The translations under genes and the position numbers were made by a program. Below are positions 26,832 through 35,584 of a stretch of 64,000 nucleotides of DNA, in pieces. Location: NCBI GenBank assembly GCA_002390675.1, contig DGPZ01000106.1, positions 48,737-112,736 of the forward strand, in the 5' to 3' direction. Under the pieces are notes generated by a model. That model did not search any database, was not told the DNA's origin, and saw only the letters and a program-made list of their open reading frames with translations. Positions within the stretch are counted from its first letter, which is position 1. Each line of letters starts with the position of its first letter. Origin of the DNA: Deltaproteobacteria bacterium UBA4427 (lineage in GTDB: Bacteria > Myxococcota_A > UBA9160 > UBA4427).

Positions 26832-27853
26832 CGCCGTCGCCGCCGCTTGCGCTGGAACTCGTCGACATTTGCTGCGTGTTCGCGATAGGTCTCGGCGAAA
26901 ATATGCGTCCCGTCGTTTCGCGAAACGAAGAAAATATAAGGCGTGTCGGCGGGCTCTAGGATTGCGCGAAGCGCATCTCGCCCGGCGCTCGCAATCGGTC
27001 CAGGCGGCAGCCCTTTGATCTTGTAAGTGTTGTACGGGTTGCTTCCGTCTAGAAGATGGATCCGTTTGATATTACCGTCAAAGTTCTTGATGCCGTAGAT
27101 CACGGTTGGATCCGTTTCGAGTCGCATACCTCGTTTTATTCGGTTGAGGAAGACTGCGGCTATCAAGGGCCGCTCGTGCGCCGCGCCAGTTTCCTTCTCG
27201 ACGATCGAGGCAAGAGTCGTGTGCTCGCGCATTGTTAGGTTGGATGAACTGGGGTCGGGGACGAGGTCGTGGTAGACGCGCAGGAACTCGGACACCATCG
27301 CTTGTGCGATGCGACCTTCGGGCACGCCGCGCGCGAAGCGGTACGTGTCGGGGAAGAGGTAGCCTTCGAGGGTCGGGCCTTCGACGCCGTAGCGAGCGGG
27401 GGAGGCGGGATCGAAGACGACTTCGAGGAAGCGGTCACGATCGGCTAGTCCTGCCGCCGCGAGGCGATCCGCGATTTCAGTCGCACGAAGCCCTTCCGGG
27501 ATGACCACCGGATGCGTCTGGACCCGGCCACGCGTCAGCGCTTCAAAAATCTCCGGCGTGGACTGATCGGAAGAAAGTTCGTATTCGCCAATCTTTAGCT
27601 TCGAGGCGAGGTCTTCGGACTGCGCGAACCAGCGCGCTACTCGAGCATTGCGAATGATGCCTGCGGATTCGAGGGTGGCCGAGACGTGCCAGAACGAATC
27701 CCCTGGATCGACTTGAAAGGCCATTATGTGCGGTTCGCTTCCGTTCTCTGCAACAGGCGAGAGCGCGCGGTCGAGCCAGAGCCATGCGCCGGCTGCGCCA
27801 GCTATCGCAACGGCACCTAATACGAGTAGGCCTATGAGGGCTCGCTTGATCAA
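26828..27853 (-). CDS. mltG: endolytic murein transglycosylase MltG (YceG family)
   Basis: N-terminal TM helix, then VIPEGLRATEIADRL, ASIVEKET, and YNTYKIKGLPPGPIASAGRDALRAILEP. Confidence 0.9.
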   Translation of the reverse strand: MIKRALIGLLVLGAVAIAGAAGAWLWLDRALSPVAENGSEPHIMAFQVDPGDSFWHVSATLESAGIIRNARVARWFAQSEDLASKLKIGEYELSSDQSTPEIFEALTRGRVQTHPVVIPEGLRATEIADRLAAAGLADRDRFLEVVFDPASPARYGVEGPTLEGYLFPDTYRFARGVPEGRIAQAMVSEFLRVYHDLVPDPSSSNLTMREHTTLASIVEKETGAAHERPLIAAVFLNRIKRGMRLETDPTVIYGIKNFDGNIKRIHLLDGSNPYNTYKIKGLPPGPIASAGRDALRAILEPADTPYIFFVSRNDGTHIFAETYREHAANVDEFQRKRRRRR

Positions 27854-28329
27854 GCGGGGTCGGTCTCCGGTGACGCACTGTCAAGGCGAGCGCGTTCCTG
27901 TTGGGCGAATTGTTCTAAGTAGGTCTTGAGGATGATCGACGCCGCCATCTCGTCAACAGTGCCTTTGACGCGGCGCTTATCCTTTTTCTTTTTGGTCTGT
28001 TGGGGGCCACCCGCGAGCAGCCGCTCGGCTTCCATAGAGGTCCAGCGCTCGTCGAGCATCTCAACCGGAATCCGGGCCAGCTTCGACAGGTCTTTGGCAA
28101 AGCGAATCGCTTTCTCCGCCTCGGGACCCTTCCGACCGTCGAGATGGAGCGGTAGACCAACCACAGCCCGTTCGATGTCCTTTTCCTTTATCATCGCCCG
28201 AAGGGCGGCGAGGTCTTTCTTACGTCCGCGGCTCTCTAAGATGCCAGCGGGAAACGCGATCGACGCCTGCTCGTCTGAGACGGCCAAACCGATTCTTTTG
28301 CTGCCGAGATCGAGGCCTATGATTCTCAT
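27850..28329 (-). CDS. ruvX: putative pre-16S rRNA nuclease / Holliday junction resolvase-like RuvX (YqgF)
   Basis: MRIIGLDLGSKRIGLAVSD...VVGLPLHLDGRKGP...DERWTS. It overlaps the mltG start by 4 nt; ruvX-mltG is a conserved pairing. Confidence 0.9.
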   Translation of the reverse strand: MRIIGLDLGSKRIGLAVSDEQASIAFPAGILESRGRKKDLAALRAMIKEKDIERAVVGLPLHLDGRKGPEAEKAIRFAKDLSKLARIPVEMLDERWTSMEAERLLAGGPQQTKKKKDKRRVKGTVDEMAASIILKTYLEQFAQQERARLDSASPETDPA

Positions 28330-28407
28330 CCGCGCGATTGTAGCGGCCTTGCTTGGGACGTCCTCACTTGCGCTGTCGGGAGCCCATTACATCTTTATAC
28401 TGTCGAG

Positions 28408-29424
28408 ATGAACATCTATACGACAGCCCCTCTGGAAGATCCGCGCGAAGCGCGAACGAGCTACCGCGAACTCGAGGAAATCGGGTACGACGGGGCCTTC
28501 AGCTTCGAGGCGAAGCACGATCCCTTCCTGCCTCTCGTGCTTGCGTCGGAGAACACGACTTCTCTACAGCTCGGGACGGCGATTGCAATCGCATTTGCGC
28601 GGACACCCATGACCTTGGCGAATGCGGCCTACGGGCTGCAATCGATCAGCGGTGGGCGCTTCATTATGGGGCTGGGCTCTCAGGTCAGGCCACATATCCA
28701 GAACCGCTTCAGTATGACGTGGTCGAAGCCTGCGAAGCGGATGCGGGAAATCGTGATGGCCATGAAGGCTATTTTCGCGCGCTGGGAGGGGCAGGCGGAG
28801 CTCGATTTCGACGGTGAGTTTTACCGGCACAACTTAATGATTCCCGCTTTCGATCCGGGGCCCAATCCTTTCGGTCCCCCCCCTATCTACACCGCGGGTG
28901 TTGGTCCTTTGATGACGGAAGTGGCGGGAGAGGTGGCGGACGGTTTTTTTGGTCACCCCTTTAACTCTCGAGCTTCCTTGCTCGCGAATGTGATGCCCGC
29001 GATCGAGCGCGGGCTCGCCAAGTCAGGGCGAAAGCGGAGTGATCTCGACATGATTTTTGCGACGCTGATAGTTACTGCGGATACAGAAGAAGATTTCGCG
29101 CGGGTGAAACTAGCTGCGCGTAAGCAGCTCGCGTTCTACGGATCGACCCCGGCCTATCGACTGACTCTGGACCAGCACGGTTGGGGCGAATTGCATCTCG
29201 AGTTGAATCGCATGTCGAAGCAGAACCGATGGGATGAGATGACGGATCTCATTGATGACGAAGTGCTTGAGACGATCGCGGTGGTTGGGGAAAGGCAGGA
29301 GATCGCCGGCAAACTTCGAGCGCGCCTCGATGGGATTGCAGACGGCGTAAGCCTTACGCATAACAGGGCACCGGATCCCGAACATTGGGCGGATATAGTC
29401 GCCGAGCTGAAGCGCGGGAAATAG
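28408..29424 (+). CDS. luciferase-like monooxygenase (LLM) family oxidoreductase, probably F420-dependent class
   Basis: 338 aa reading YRELEEIGYDGAFSFEAKHDPFLPL...LQLGTAIAIAFARTPMTLANAAYGLQSISGGRFIMGLGSQVRPHIQNRFSMTW. This TIM-barrel LLM pattern resembles, from memory, the actinobacterial F420-dependent subfamily. Confidence 0.7.
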   Translation: MNIYTTAPLEDPREARTSYRELEEIGYDGAFSFEAKHDPFLPLVLASENTTSLQLGTAIAIAFARTPMTLANAAYGLQSISGGRFIMGLGSQVRPHIQNRFSMTWSKPAKRMREIVMAMKAIFARWEGQAELDFDGEFYRHNLMIPAFDPGPNPFGPPPIYTAGVGPLMTEVAGEVADGFFGHPFNSRASLLANVMPAIERGLAKSGRKRSDLDMIFATLIVTADTEEDFARVKLAARKQLAFYGSTPAYRLTLDQHGWGELHLELNRMSKQNRWDEMTDLIDDEVLETIAVVGERQEIAGKLRARLDGIADGVSLTHNRAPDPEHWADIVAELKRGK

Positions 29425-30043
29425 AGCTTCGCAGGGATTGCGCTTGTGTGAATCGATTTGTGAAGCGCCGCCCCCGTGTTGGCGGTTTCCGTGAGTGGCG
29501 GATCGAGCCGCAGTTGTTCCAAGCCATGCCTTCGCAACGCTTCGTCGAAGTCGAGTAGTGGTTCATTCGCCTCGATCGCGGGACCTCATTGGGGAGCACG
29601 AATCGGGGACCGGCTGCATCTAGAACGAGTGCGATCGTGTCGGCGCGGCCGAGTTCGCTGCAGATGGCCCGCTCGGCGAGAGGTCGTCGAAGGGCGTCGA
29701 TTTCTCAATAGAAAAGGGAGCCTCGCTGTGAGCTAGCGATCTCGAGCAGCACTCCGGTGTGGTCCGCAGCGGTGCGGAAGTCCCGTTTGCGCCCGCGATG
29801 GCTGTCCGGGACTCGCGGCATCTCTCTGAGCTCGCAAGGGAAATTGTGCACAGGCTGCCGGTTAGATCAGTAGATGTGGGTCGGCTCTGAATGATTCTGG
29901 GCCCGATTTGAGAATCCTCCTGTTTTCGTCGAATTTTCGCCTTTTGGATTGACGGTCATGGGATTCTCCGGCTATTTTCGAGTCACTCGAAGCCCCCCCC
30001 GCGACGATCTCACCGCATATTTCCCATAGGCGGTCCCTAAAAG

Positions 30044-30763
30044 GTGGGATTTCCCATCGAAAAAAAACAACGATCCGCCGCGACTCTCGTGGAGGCAAAG
30101 CCGGCAGCGACCATGACGACCGACGGCAGTGATGTCGTTCCGGTAGATCTCGCCGCGACGTTTCCCGTTTGGATCGCCGTCGCTGGTGGATGTGGATATG
30201 TCCCACTTGCTCCTGGAACCGCCGGATCTCTTGCCGCGGCGATTCTCTTCGGTGTGGCGTGTTACGGGGGAACTCGGAGTGGCGGGGGCGAGGCAGGAGA
30301 GTTGCCGCTCGTTCTCTCCGTCGCAGGGGCGATCATTCTCGCGGTTTGTGTGATCGGGACGTGGGCTTCGGAGCGTGCTGAAATGTTTTTCGGACGCCAC
30401 GACGACGGTCGAATCGTGATCGATGAAGTCGCGGGACAGTGGATCACCTTGGTGCCGATCCTCCTCTTTCTTCCGGCATTGTCGCCGGATTTATTTTCAC
30501 TCTTTTTCGCGGTCGTGACCGGATTCGTCCTATTCCGCGTGTTTGATATATGGAAACCGGGAGCGATCCGCTGGACGGAGCGAAGGTTCGAAGGGGGATG
30601 GGGCGTAATGGCAGACGACATCATGGCAGGCGTTCACGGCGCATGTCTGCTCGGCTTCGGCCTCTGGCTTTGGTCCGACACGACTCAGACGCTGGCGTTG
30701 ACCGGGGATCTGGCTGTAACGGGGGATCTGGCGATGAATTTTTTTGAAGGGGGTTGGGCGTGA
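30044..30763 (+). CDS. pgpA: phosphatidylglycerophosphatase A
   Basis: GGCGYVPLAPGTAGSLAAA, VIDEVAGQWITL, FRVFDIWKPGAIRW, and GWGVMADDIMAGV. The start is uncertain (GTG 30044 or ATG 30113). Confidence 0.85.
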   Translation: MGFPIEKKQRSAATLVEAKPAATMTTDGSDVVPVDLAATFPVWIAVAGGCGYVPLAPGTAGSLAAAILFGVACYGGTRSGGGEAGELPLVLSVAGAIILAVCVIGTWASERAEMFFGRHDDGRIVIDEVAGQWITLVPILLFLPALSPDLFSLFFAVVTGFVLFRVFDIWKPGAIRWTERRFEGGWGVMADDIMAGVHGACLLGFGLWLWSDTTQTLALTGDLAVTGDLAMNFFEGGWA

Positions 30764-32109
30764 ACGCCGAGATCATCACGATTGGCGATGAATTGATGCG
30801 CGGCGAAATCGTCGATTCCAACAAGGCGCGGATCGCTGAACGGCTCTTGTTGCACGATCTGGATTGTCGCCATCAGGTTTCCGTTCTCGACGATCCGGCA
30901 GATATGCGTGATGCCTTCTTACGAGCGTCTCGGCGAAGTGATTTCGTATTGGTTTCGGGTGGGCTTGGGCCAACGCGAGATGACATGACAACGGAAGTGC
31001 TGTCGGAGACTTTCGGGCGGAAGCTTGAGCTGCACCCTCCGTCCCTCGCCGCGATCGAAGCCTTCTTTGCTCGAATCGGCAGAGAGATGGCGGACACGAA
31101 TCGGAAGCAGGCGTTCTTTCCCGAAGACGCGGATGTTCTTGAAAACCCGATCGGTACTGCACCCGGGTTCTCTATCGAAGTAGCGCGAAGCGGTGGCCGG
31201 GAAGGCGAAGAGACTCGCCCCGGGCATGCCGTCTTCTTTGCGATGCCGGGCGTGCCACGGGAACTCGACCGGATGATGGACGAGCAGGTGATACCGCGAA
31301 TAGGAGCACGTCTCGCTGAGGTTTCAGGGGGCCGCGAAAAGCAGGTCGTGCGGGCTGCTTTGCTCGCCACGTTTGGAATGGGCGAGTCGACGCTTGAAGC
31401 GGAGCTCGGAGATCTGATGCGCGACGGAAATGTCGAGTTGGGTTTCCGTACGAGTTTCCCCGATAATTTTCTTCGTCCCGTAGCTCGGGCCGCGACGATC
31501 GAAGAGGCGGATGCAAAGATCGCTGAGGCCGTGACCGCTATCAGGGAGCGGATCGGTGATGTTGTGTACGGCGAAGGTACGGAGACGATGGAAAGTGTCG
31601 TCGGGCAAGAATTGGCTAATCGCGGCCTGACGATCGCGACTGCGGAATCCTGTACAGGCGGGCTGATTGCCGAGCGATTGACGGACGTGCCTGGCTCTTC
31701 CGCATACTTCCTAGGCGGTGTGGTCTCGTACTCGAATGAGGCAAAGACCGCGATGCTTGGGGTGCCGGCGGCGGTGATCGAGAGCGAAGGCGCTGTGTCT
31801 GAGGCATCCGTGCGAGCGATGGCAGAAGGAGTTCGCGAGCGATTTGGAAGCGATTTTGGAATCGCGACTTCGGGTATCTCGGGCCCAGGTGGTGGAACTC
31901 CGGAAAAACCCGTCGGGCTGGTCTGGATCGCTCTGGCGACCGCCGACTCGGCGACCCACGCGCAGTCCTTCGTTTTTGAAGTCGACCGCTCGCGACATCG
32001 AAGATTGACCGCCCAGGTCGCGCTCGATTGGATCCGACGAAGCATGATTGGTGCGGAGTTAATTGGCCCCTCGCTCATGCGACGGGGCGGGAGCGGATCG
32101 GCTCCGTAG
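30760..32109 (+). CDS. cinA: competence/damage-inducible protein CinA (MoCF-like domain plus PncC NMN deamidase domain)
   Basis: VNAEIITIGDELMRGEIVDSNKARIAERL (N-terminal domain) and ATAESCTGGLIAERLTDVPGSSAYFLGGVVSYSNEAK (PncC domain). GTG 30760 overlaps the pgpA stop (GTGA). It lies directly upstream of recA. Confidence 0.9.
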   Translation: MNAEIITIGDELMRGEIVDSNKARIAERLLLHDLDCRHQVSVLDDPADMRDAFLRASRRSDFVLVSGGLGPTRDDMTTEVLSETFGRKLELHPPSLAAIEAFFARIGREMADTNRKQAFFPEDADVLENPIGTAPGFSIEVARSGGREGEETRPGHAVFFAMPGVPRELDRMMDEQVIPRIGARLAEVSGGREKQVVRAALLATFGMGESTLEAELGDLMRDGNVELGFRTSFPDNFLRPVARAATIEEADAKIAEAVTAIRERIGDVVYGEGTETMESVVGQELANRGLTIATAESCTGGLIAERLTDVPGSSAYFLGGVVSYSNEAKTAMLGVPAAVIESEGAVSEASVRAMAEGVRERFGSDFGIATSGISGPGGGTPEKPVGLVWIALATADSATHAQSFVFEVDRSRHRRLTAQVALDWIRRSMIGAELIGPSLMRRGGSGSAP

Positions 32110-32221
32110 ATGAGGGCATCATTGGCGGTGTAGTTGAAGAACAGCAACAGAGAAACGCGTCTTACGTTAGATGAGGCGCGAGTGAACGAATTAAACCAGG
32201 ACCCATCGGGAGGACGAGAAT

Positions 32222-33346
32222 ATGGCACGAGGCAAGCAGGTAGCACCTAAGGCAAAGGTTGAACGAGGCGGCGTTGCGGGCGACGCGAAGTCCAAGGCGA
32301 TCGAACTCGCGGTTTCTAGTATCGAGAAGCAGTTCGGTAAGGGCTCGATCACTAAGATGACCGATGACGCGGTCAATCACGAAACTCCCTACTTCTCGAG
32401 TGGAGCGCCGAGCCTCGATATTGCGCTTGGGATCGGTGGGTTCCCGCGCGGTCGCGTGGTGGAGATCTATGGGCCGGAGTCGAGTGGTAAGACAACACTC
32501 ACGCTCCATGCGATCGCCGAGGTCCAGAAAACCGGCGGCGTCGCTGCCTTTATCGACGCCGAGCATGCGCTCGATGTGAACTATGCGCGACGGCTCGGAG
32601 TGGCTGTTGATGAGCTTCTCGTTTCGCAGCCCGATACGGGCGAAGAAGCGCTCGAGATCGCAGACGTCTTGCTGCGGTCGGGCGCGATCGATCTTGTAGT
32701 GGTCGATTCTGTGGCTGCGCTGGTGCCGCGTGCGGAAATTGAAGGCGAAATGGGAGATACCCATGTTGGTCTGCAGGCTCGGCTCATGAGTCAGGCGCTG
32801 CGAAAGCTTACGGGTACGGTTTCTAAATCCGGCGCGACGATCATCTTCATCAACCAGATTCGAATGAAGATCGGCGTGATGTTCGGCAGCCCCGAAACCA
32901 CTTCGGGCGGTAACGCGCTCAAGTTCTACTCCTCGGTGCGGATCGATGTACGACGGATTGCGGCGATCAAGGAAGGCGACGAGGTTACGGGTAACCGGAC
33001 TCGCGTGAAGGTCGTGAAGAACAAGGTCGCCCCGCCGTTCAGGCAGGCGGAGTTTGACATCATCTATAACGAGGGAATCTCTCGTGAAGGTGATTTGATC
33101 GATCTCGGTGTTGACGAGGGAATCGTCGAGAAGAGTGGCTCTTGGTATTCCTACGCCGGTGAGCGAATCGGTCAGGGTCGCGAAAAGGCACGAACCTTCA
33201 TCAAGGAGAATCCCGACATGGGGGCTCGCCTCGCCGAAGAGGTCTATTTAGCTAAGGGGCTGAAGATTCCGGCGCGAGCGAATGTTCCGGATGCGCCCGG
33301 CTCGGCGGGTGATGAGATCGAAGTCGAGGAGACCCCGGAGGCCTAG
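32222..33346 (+). CDS. recA: recombinase RecA
   Basis: [19 protein letters not shown], Walker [20 protein letters not shown], and [26 protein letters not shown]. Confidence 0.97.
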   Translation: MARGKQVAPKAKVERGGVAGDAKSKAIELAVSSIEKQFGKGSITKMTDDAVNHETPYFSSGAPSLDIALGIGGFPRGRVVEIYGPESSGKTTLTLHAIAEVQKTGGVAAFIDAEHALDVNYARRLGVAVDELLVSQPDTGEEALEIADVLLRSGAIDLVVVDSVAALVPRAEIEGEMGDTHVGLQARLMSQALRKLTGTVSKSGATIIFINQIRMKIGVMFGSPETTSGGNALKFYSSVRIDVRRIAAIKEGDEVTGNRTRVKVVKNKVAPPFRQAEFDIIYNEGISREGDLIDLGVDEGIVEKSGSWYSYAGERIGQGREKARTFIKENPDMGARLAEEVYLAKGLKIPARANVPDAPGSAGDEIEVEETPEA

Positions 33347-33469
33347 TTTGAAGATTTAGTTCGATGGTCTAATCGAAGGCGTGCTTGAAGGCGTAGCTCA
33401 AACGTTTAGTTAAACCGGTCAGAGCGGGGCAAATCCAGTTCCGGCTTGAGACCCGCATGATTTGATGAT

Positions 33470-33520
33470 GACGCCCGTGTGGCCCCCTGAGTAGGGGCTC
33501 GCGGGCGTCTTTCTTTTTTT
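33470..33520 (+). terminator. rho-independent terminator downstream of recA
   Basis: Two-tier stem: GACGCCCG (33470-77) pairs with CGGGCGTC (33502-09), and an inner GCCCC pairs with GGGGC. It is followed by TTTCTTTTTTT (33510-33520). Confidence 0.8.
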
Positions 33521-33804
33521 GGGCATGCGGCTGACGGCCAGAGCTGAAGCCCCGCTATTGGGCGCCGATCGAGCGGATGGCGAGATGCGTGTCGTGGTCC
33601 CAAGTTATTGGAGATGTTCAGGTTTTCGATGTCGCGACAATTGTTGATCACTTAGGTGCGCTGGAGTTGGAAACATGTCCCGACGAGCGCCGATTCCTCA
33701 AGGAAGTTGCGCAATCGGTCGAAATAGGGGCGGGCGCTGCCGTCAGACTACCGGTCAAGCAGGCTGGAAAACATGAGCAGGCTCAGGGGCTTCTGAGGGG
33801 CAGC

Positions 33805-34998
33805 ATGGATCTGAACGAGATTTTGAAGGTCGCCACCAAGGGTGGCGCTTCCGACATTCATCTGAAGTCGGGCTTACCCCCGATGTTCCGAGTGGACGGC
33901 GCATTGGTGCCTCTGAAGAACGGCGAGCGTGTGCTGCCCGACGAGCTTCAGAAGATTGCCTTCTCGATCATGAACCCTATCCAGCGCGCGCGCTTCGATG
34001 AAAACCGCGAATGCGATCTAGCCTACGGGATCCCTGGACTCGGCCGTTTTCGCGTCAATGTCTTTCAGCAGCGCGGCACGGTGGGCATGGTCTTCCGAGT
34101 CATTCCCTTCGGCGTGAAGACGATCGACCAGCTTTACCTGCCTAAGGTGATCGAGAAGATCTCCCGGGAACAACGCGGACTCGTCCTGGTGACGGGAACT
34201 ACGGGCTCGGGTAAGTCAACGACTCTTGCCGCAATGATCGAACATATCAACGCCGAACGAACCAGCCACATCATGACGATCGAGGACCCGATTGAATTCC
34301 TCATACGTGACCGGCGCTCGATCGTGAATCAGCGAGAGATTGGCGTCGATACGCACACCTTCTCCGCCGCGCTCCGCGCCGCTTTGCGACAGGATCCCGA
34401 TGTGATTCTGGTAGGCGAAATGCGTGATTTCGAGACGATTGAAACTGCTTTGACGGCGGCTGAGACGGGCCATCTCGTGATGAGTACGCTGCATACTCTT
34501 GATGCGACGGAAACGATTAACCGCATCATCTCAGTCTTCCCGCCCTACCAGCAGAAGCAGGTGCGGTTGCAGCTTTCGACGATCATCAAGGCTGTGATTA
34601 GTCAAAGACTCGTTCCGCGAGCCGACGGCAAGGGCCGCGTTCCGGCGCTCGAGATATTGACCTCGACGGCGCTGACACGCGAGCTGATCGCCGACAAGGA
34701 TCGCACCAAGGAACTGCCCGCACATATAGCCAAGGGACATTCGACCTACGGTATGCAGACCTTCGATCAGTCATTGATGAGCCACGTGAGGTCGGGCCTT
34801 GTGTCCTACGACGAGGCGCTCAAGCACGTGTCGAATCCCGACGACTTTGCGCTGCGCTTTCGCGGTATCGCTTCGACCTCGGACTCCGAATGGAACGAGT
34901 TCTCGGACGACGGCGGTAATGCGGAAGATCAGAAGCCGGAGAACGATGGCGTCGACGGCCTGATGGACGACGACGATTTCAATATCGACCGTTTCTAG
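33805..34998 (+). CDS. pilT: type IV pilus retraction ATPase PilT
   Basis: MDLNEILKVATKGGASDIHLKSGLPPMFRVDG, Walker A GTTGSGKSTT, MTIEDPIEF, ILVGEMRD, and LVMSTLHT. I prefer ATG 33805 (GAGGGG upstream) to the track start 33577. It has an acidic C-terminal tail of about 45 aa. Confidence 0.9.
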   Translation: MDLNEILKVATKGGASDIHLKSGLPPMFRVDGALVPLKNGERVLPDELQKIAFSIMNPIQRARFDENRECDLAYGIPGLGRFRVNVFQQRGTVGMVFRVIPFGVKTIDQLYLPKVIEKISREQRGLVLVTGTTGSGKSTTLAAMIEHINAERTSHIMTIEDPIEFLIRDRRSIVNQREIGVDTHTFSAALRAALRQDPDVILVGEMRDFETIETALTAAETGHLVMSTLHTLDATETINRIISVFPPYQQKQVRLQLSTIIKAVISQRLVPRADGKGRVPALEILTSTALTRELIADKDRTKELPAHIAKGHSTYGMQTFDQSLMSHVRSGLVSYDEALKHVSNPDDFALRFRGIASTSDSEWNEFSDDGGNAEDQKPENDGVDGLMDDDDFNIDRF

Positions 34999-35093
34999 CG
35001 CCTGCCTCTAAGCTGACCGAGCCAGCACAGGATTGGCCCCGTTTTTTCCGAGGGCCAGCCTTGCCACTTCGCTTGAAGGGGTGAAGCTCGGCG

Positions 35094-35400
35094 ATGCCCG
35101 AGGACAAGCCCCAAGACGCCAGATGCGCCGAAGACGCGGGGCAAGCGGATCAAGTGGGAAGAAGGTGACCTTTGGAAGCTTGGGCTTCCGATTACGGCGC
35201 TTGGCTTCTTGGGCTTTGCGCTCGCTTACCCCTTTGTGAACCCCGCGCCTCCTGCACGAATCGTGATGGCGACGGGTGAAGCAGGCGGAGCGTATGCGCG
35301 CTTCCGTGAGGCCCCAGCGTCTTGTGGAGAGGAGCTTTACCAGCCCCGGTTGCACGTCGAATTCGTCCAAGGGCAACCTGCGGAGCGGCGATTGAGGTAA
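35094..35400 (+). pseudogene. relic of the N-terminus of a TAXI-family TRAP transporter solute receptor
   Basis: The frame at 35095 reads ...KRIKWEEGDLWKLGLPITALGFLGFALAYPFVNPAPPARIVMATGEAGGAYARF...LHVEFVQGQPAERRLR then a stop. A TM helix followed by PAPPxxI(V)xATGxxGGxY is the TAXI N-terminal pattern. This frame has no start before TTG 35209, and the only nearby ATG (35094) is out of frame. About 100 codons remain of what is normally a protein of over 300 aa. Confidence 0.45.
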
Positions 35401-35584
35401 TTCGCGGAGATGCCGTAGGAGCCGGACGAAGTGCCCGAATCCGTCGGAGCGGGGAACGATTAGAGCCGGGATTCCGGGAACCCGCTAGGAATCGAGTTTC
35501 CAGCGCGGCACCCGCTATATTCCGCGCGAAATCAGGTGCTTGCCTGTGGCCGACTAATTCACACAGCTGTTCGAGGTGTCCCCC

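Noticed and set aside
32110-32221. LexA/SOS box upstream of recA
   Set aside because: There is no CTGT-N8-ACAG, GAAC-N4-GTTC or GTTC-N7-GTTC type site. Only a weak GTTG-N8-CAAC dyad is present, which is not enough to call.
30873-32246. 457-aa minus-strand ORF
   Set aside because: It is antisense to cinA and the recA start. The sequence is Ser/Arg/Pro-rich nonsense, a shadow ORF.
32222-33346. Inteins in recA (also checked in dnaB, 55066-56607)
   Set aside because: Both proteins are collinear with their families across the P-loop regions. The extra length is explained by low-complexity termini.
33389-33460. tRNA-like start GGCGTAGCTCAAAC downstream of recA
   Set aside because: It cannot be folded into a cloverleaf. 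There is no matching D-stem closure, anticodon arm, T-arm or acceptor 3' strand.
33577-33804. 76-aa N-terminal extension of pilT implied by the track ORF
   Set aside because: The canonical PilT N-terminus (MDLNEILK...ASDIHL) starts at ATG 33805 with GAGGGG upstream. The upstream codons run into the recA terminator region.
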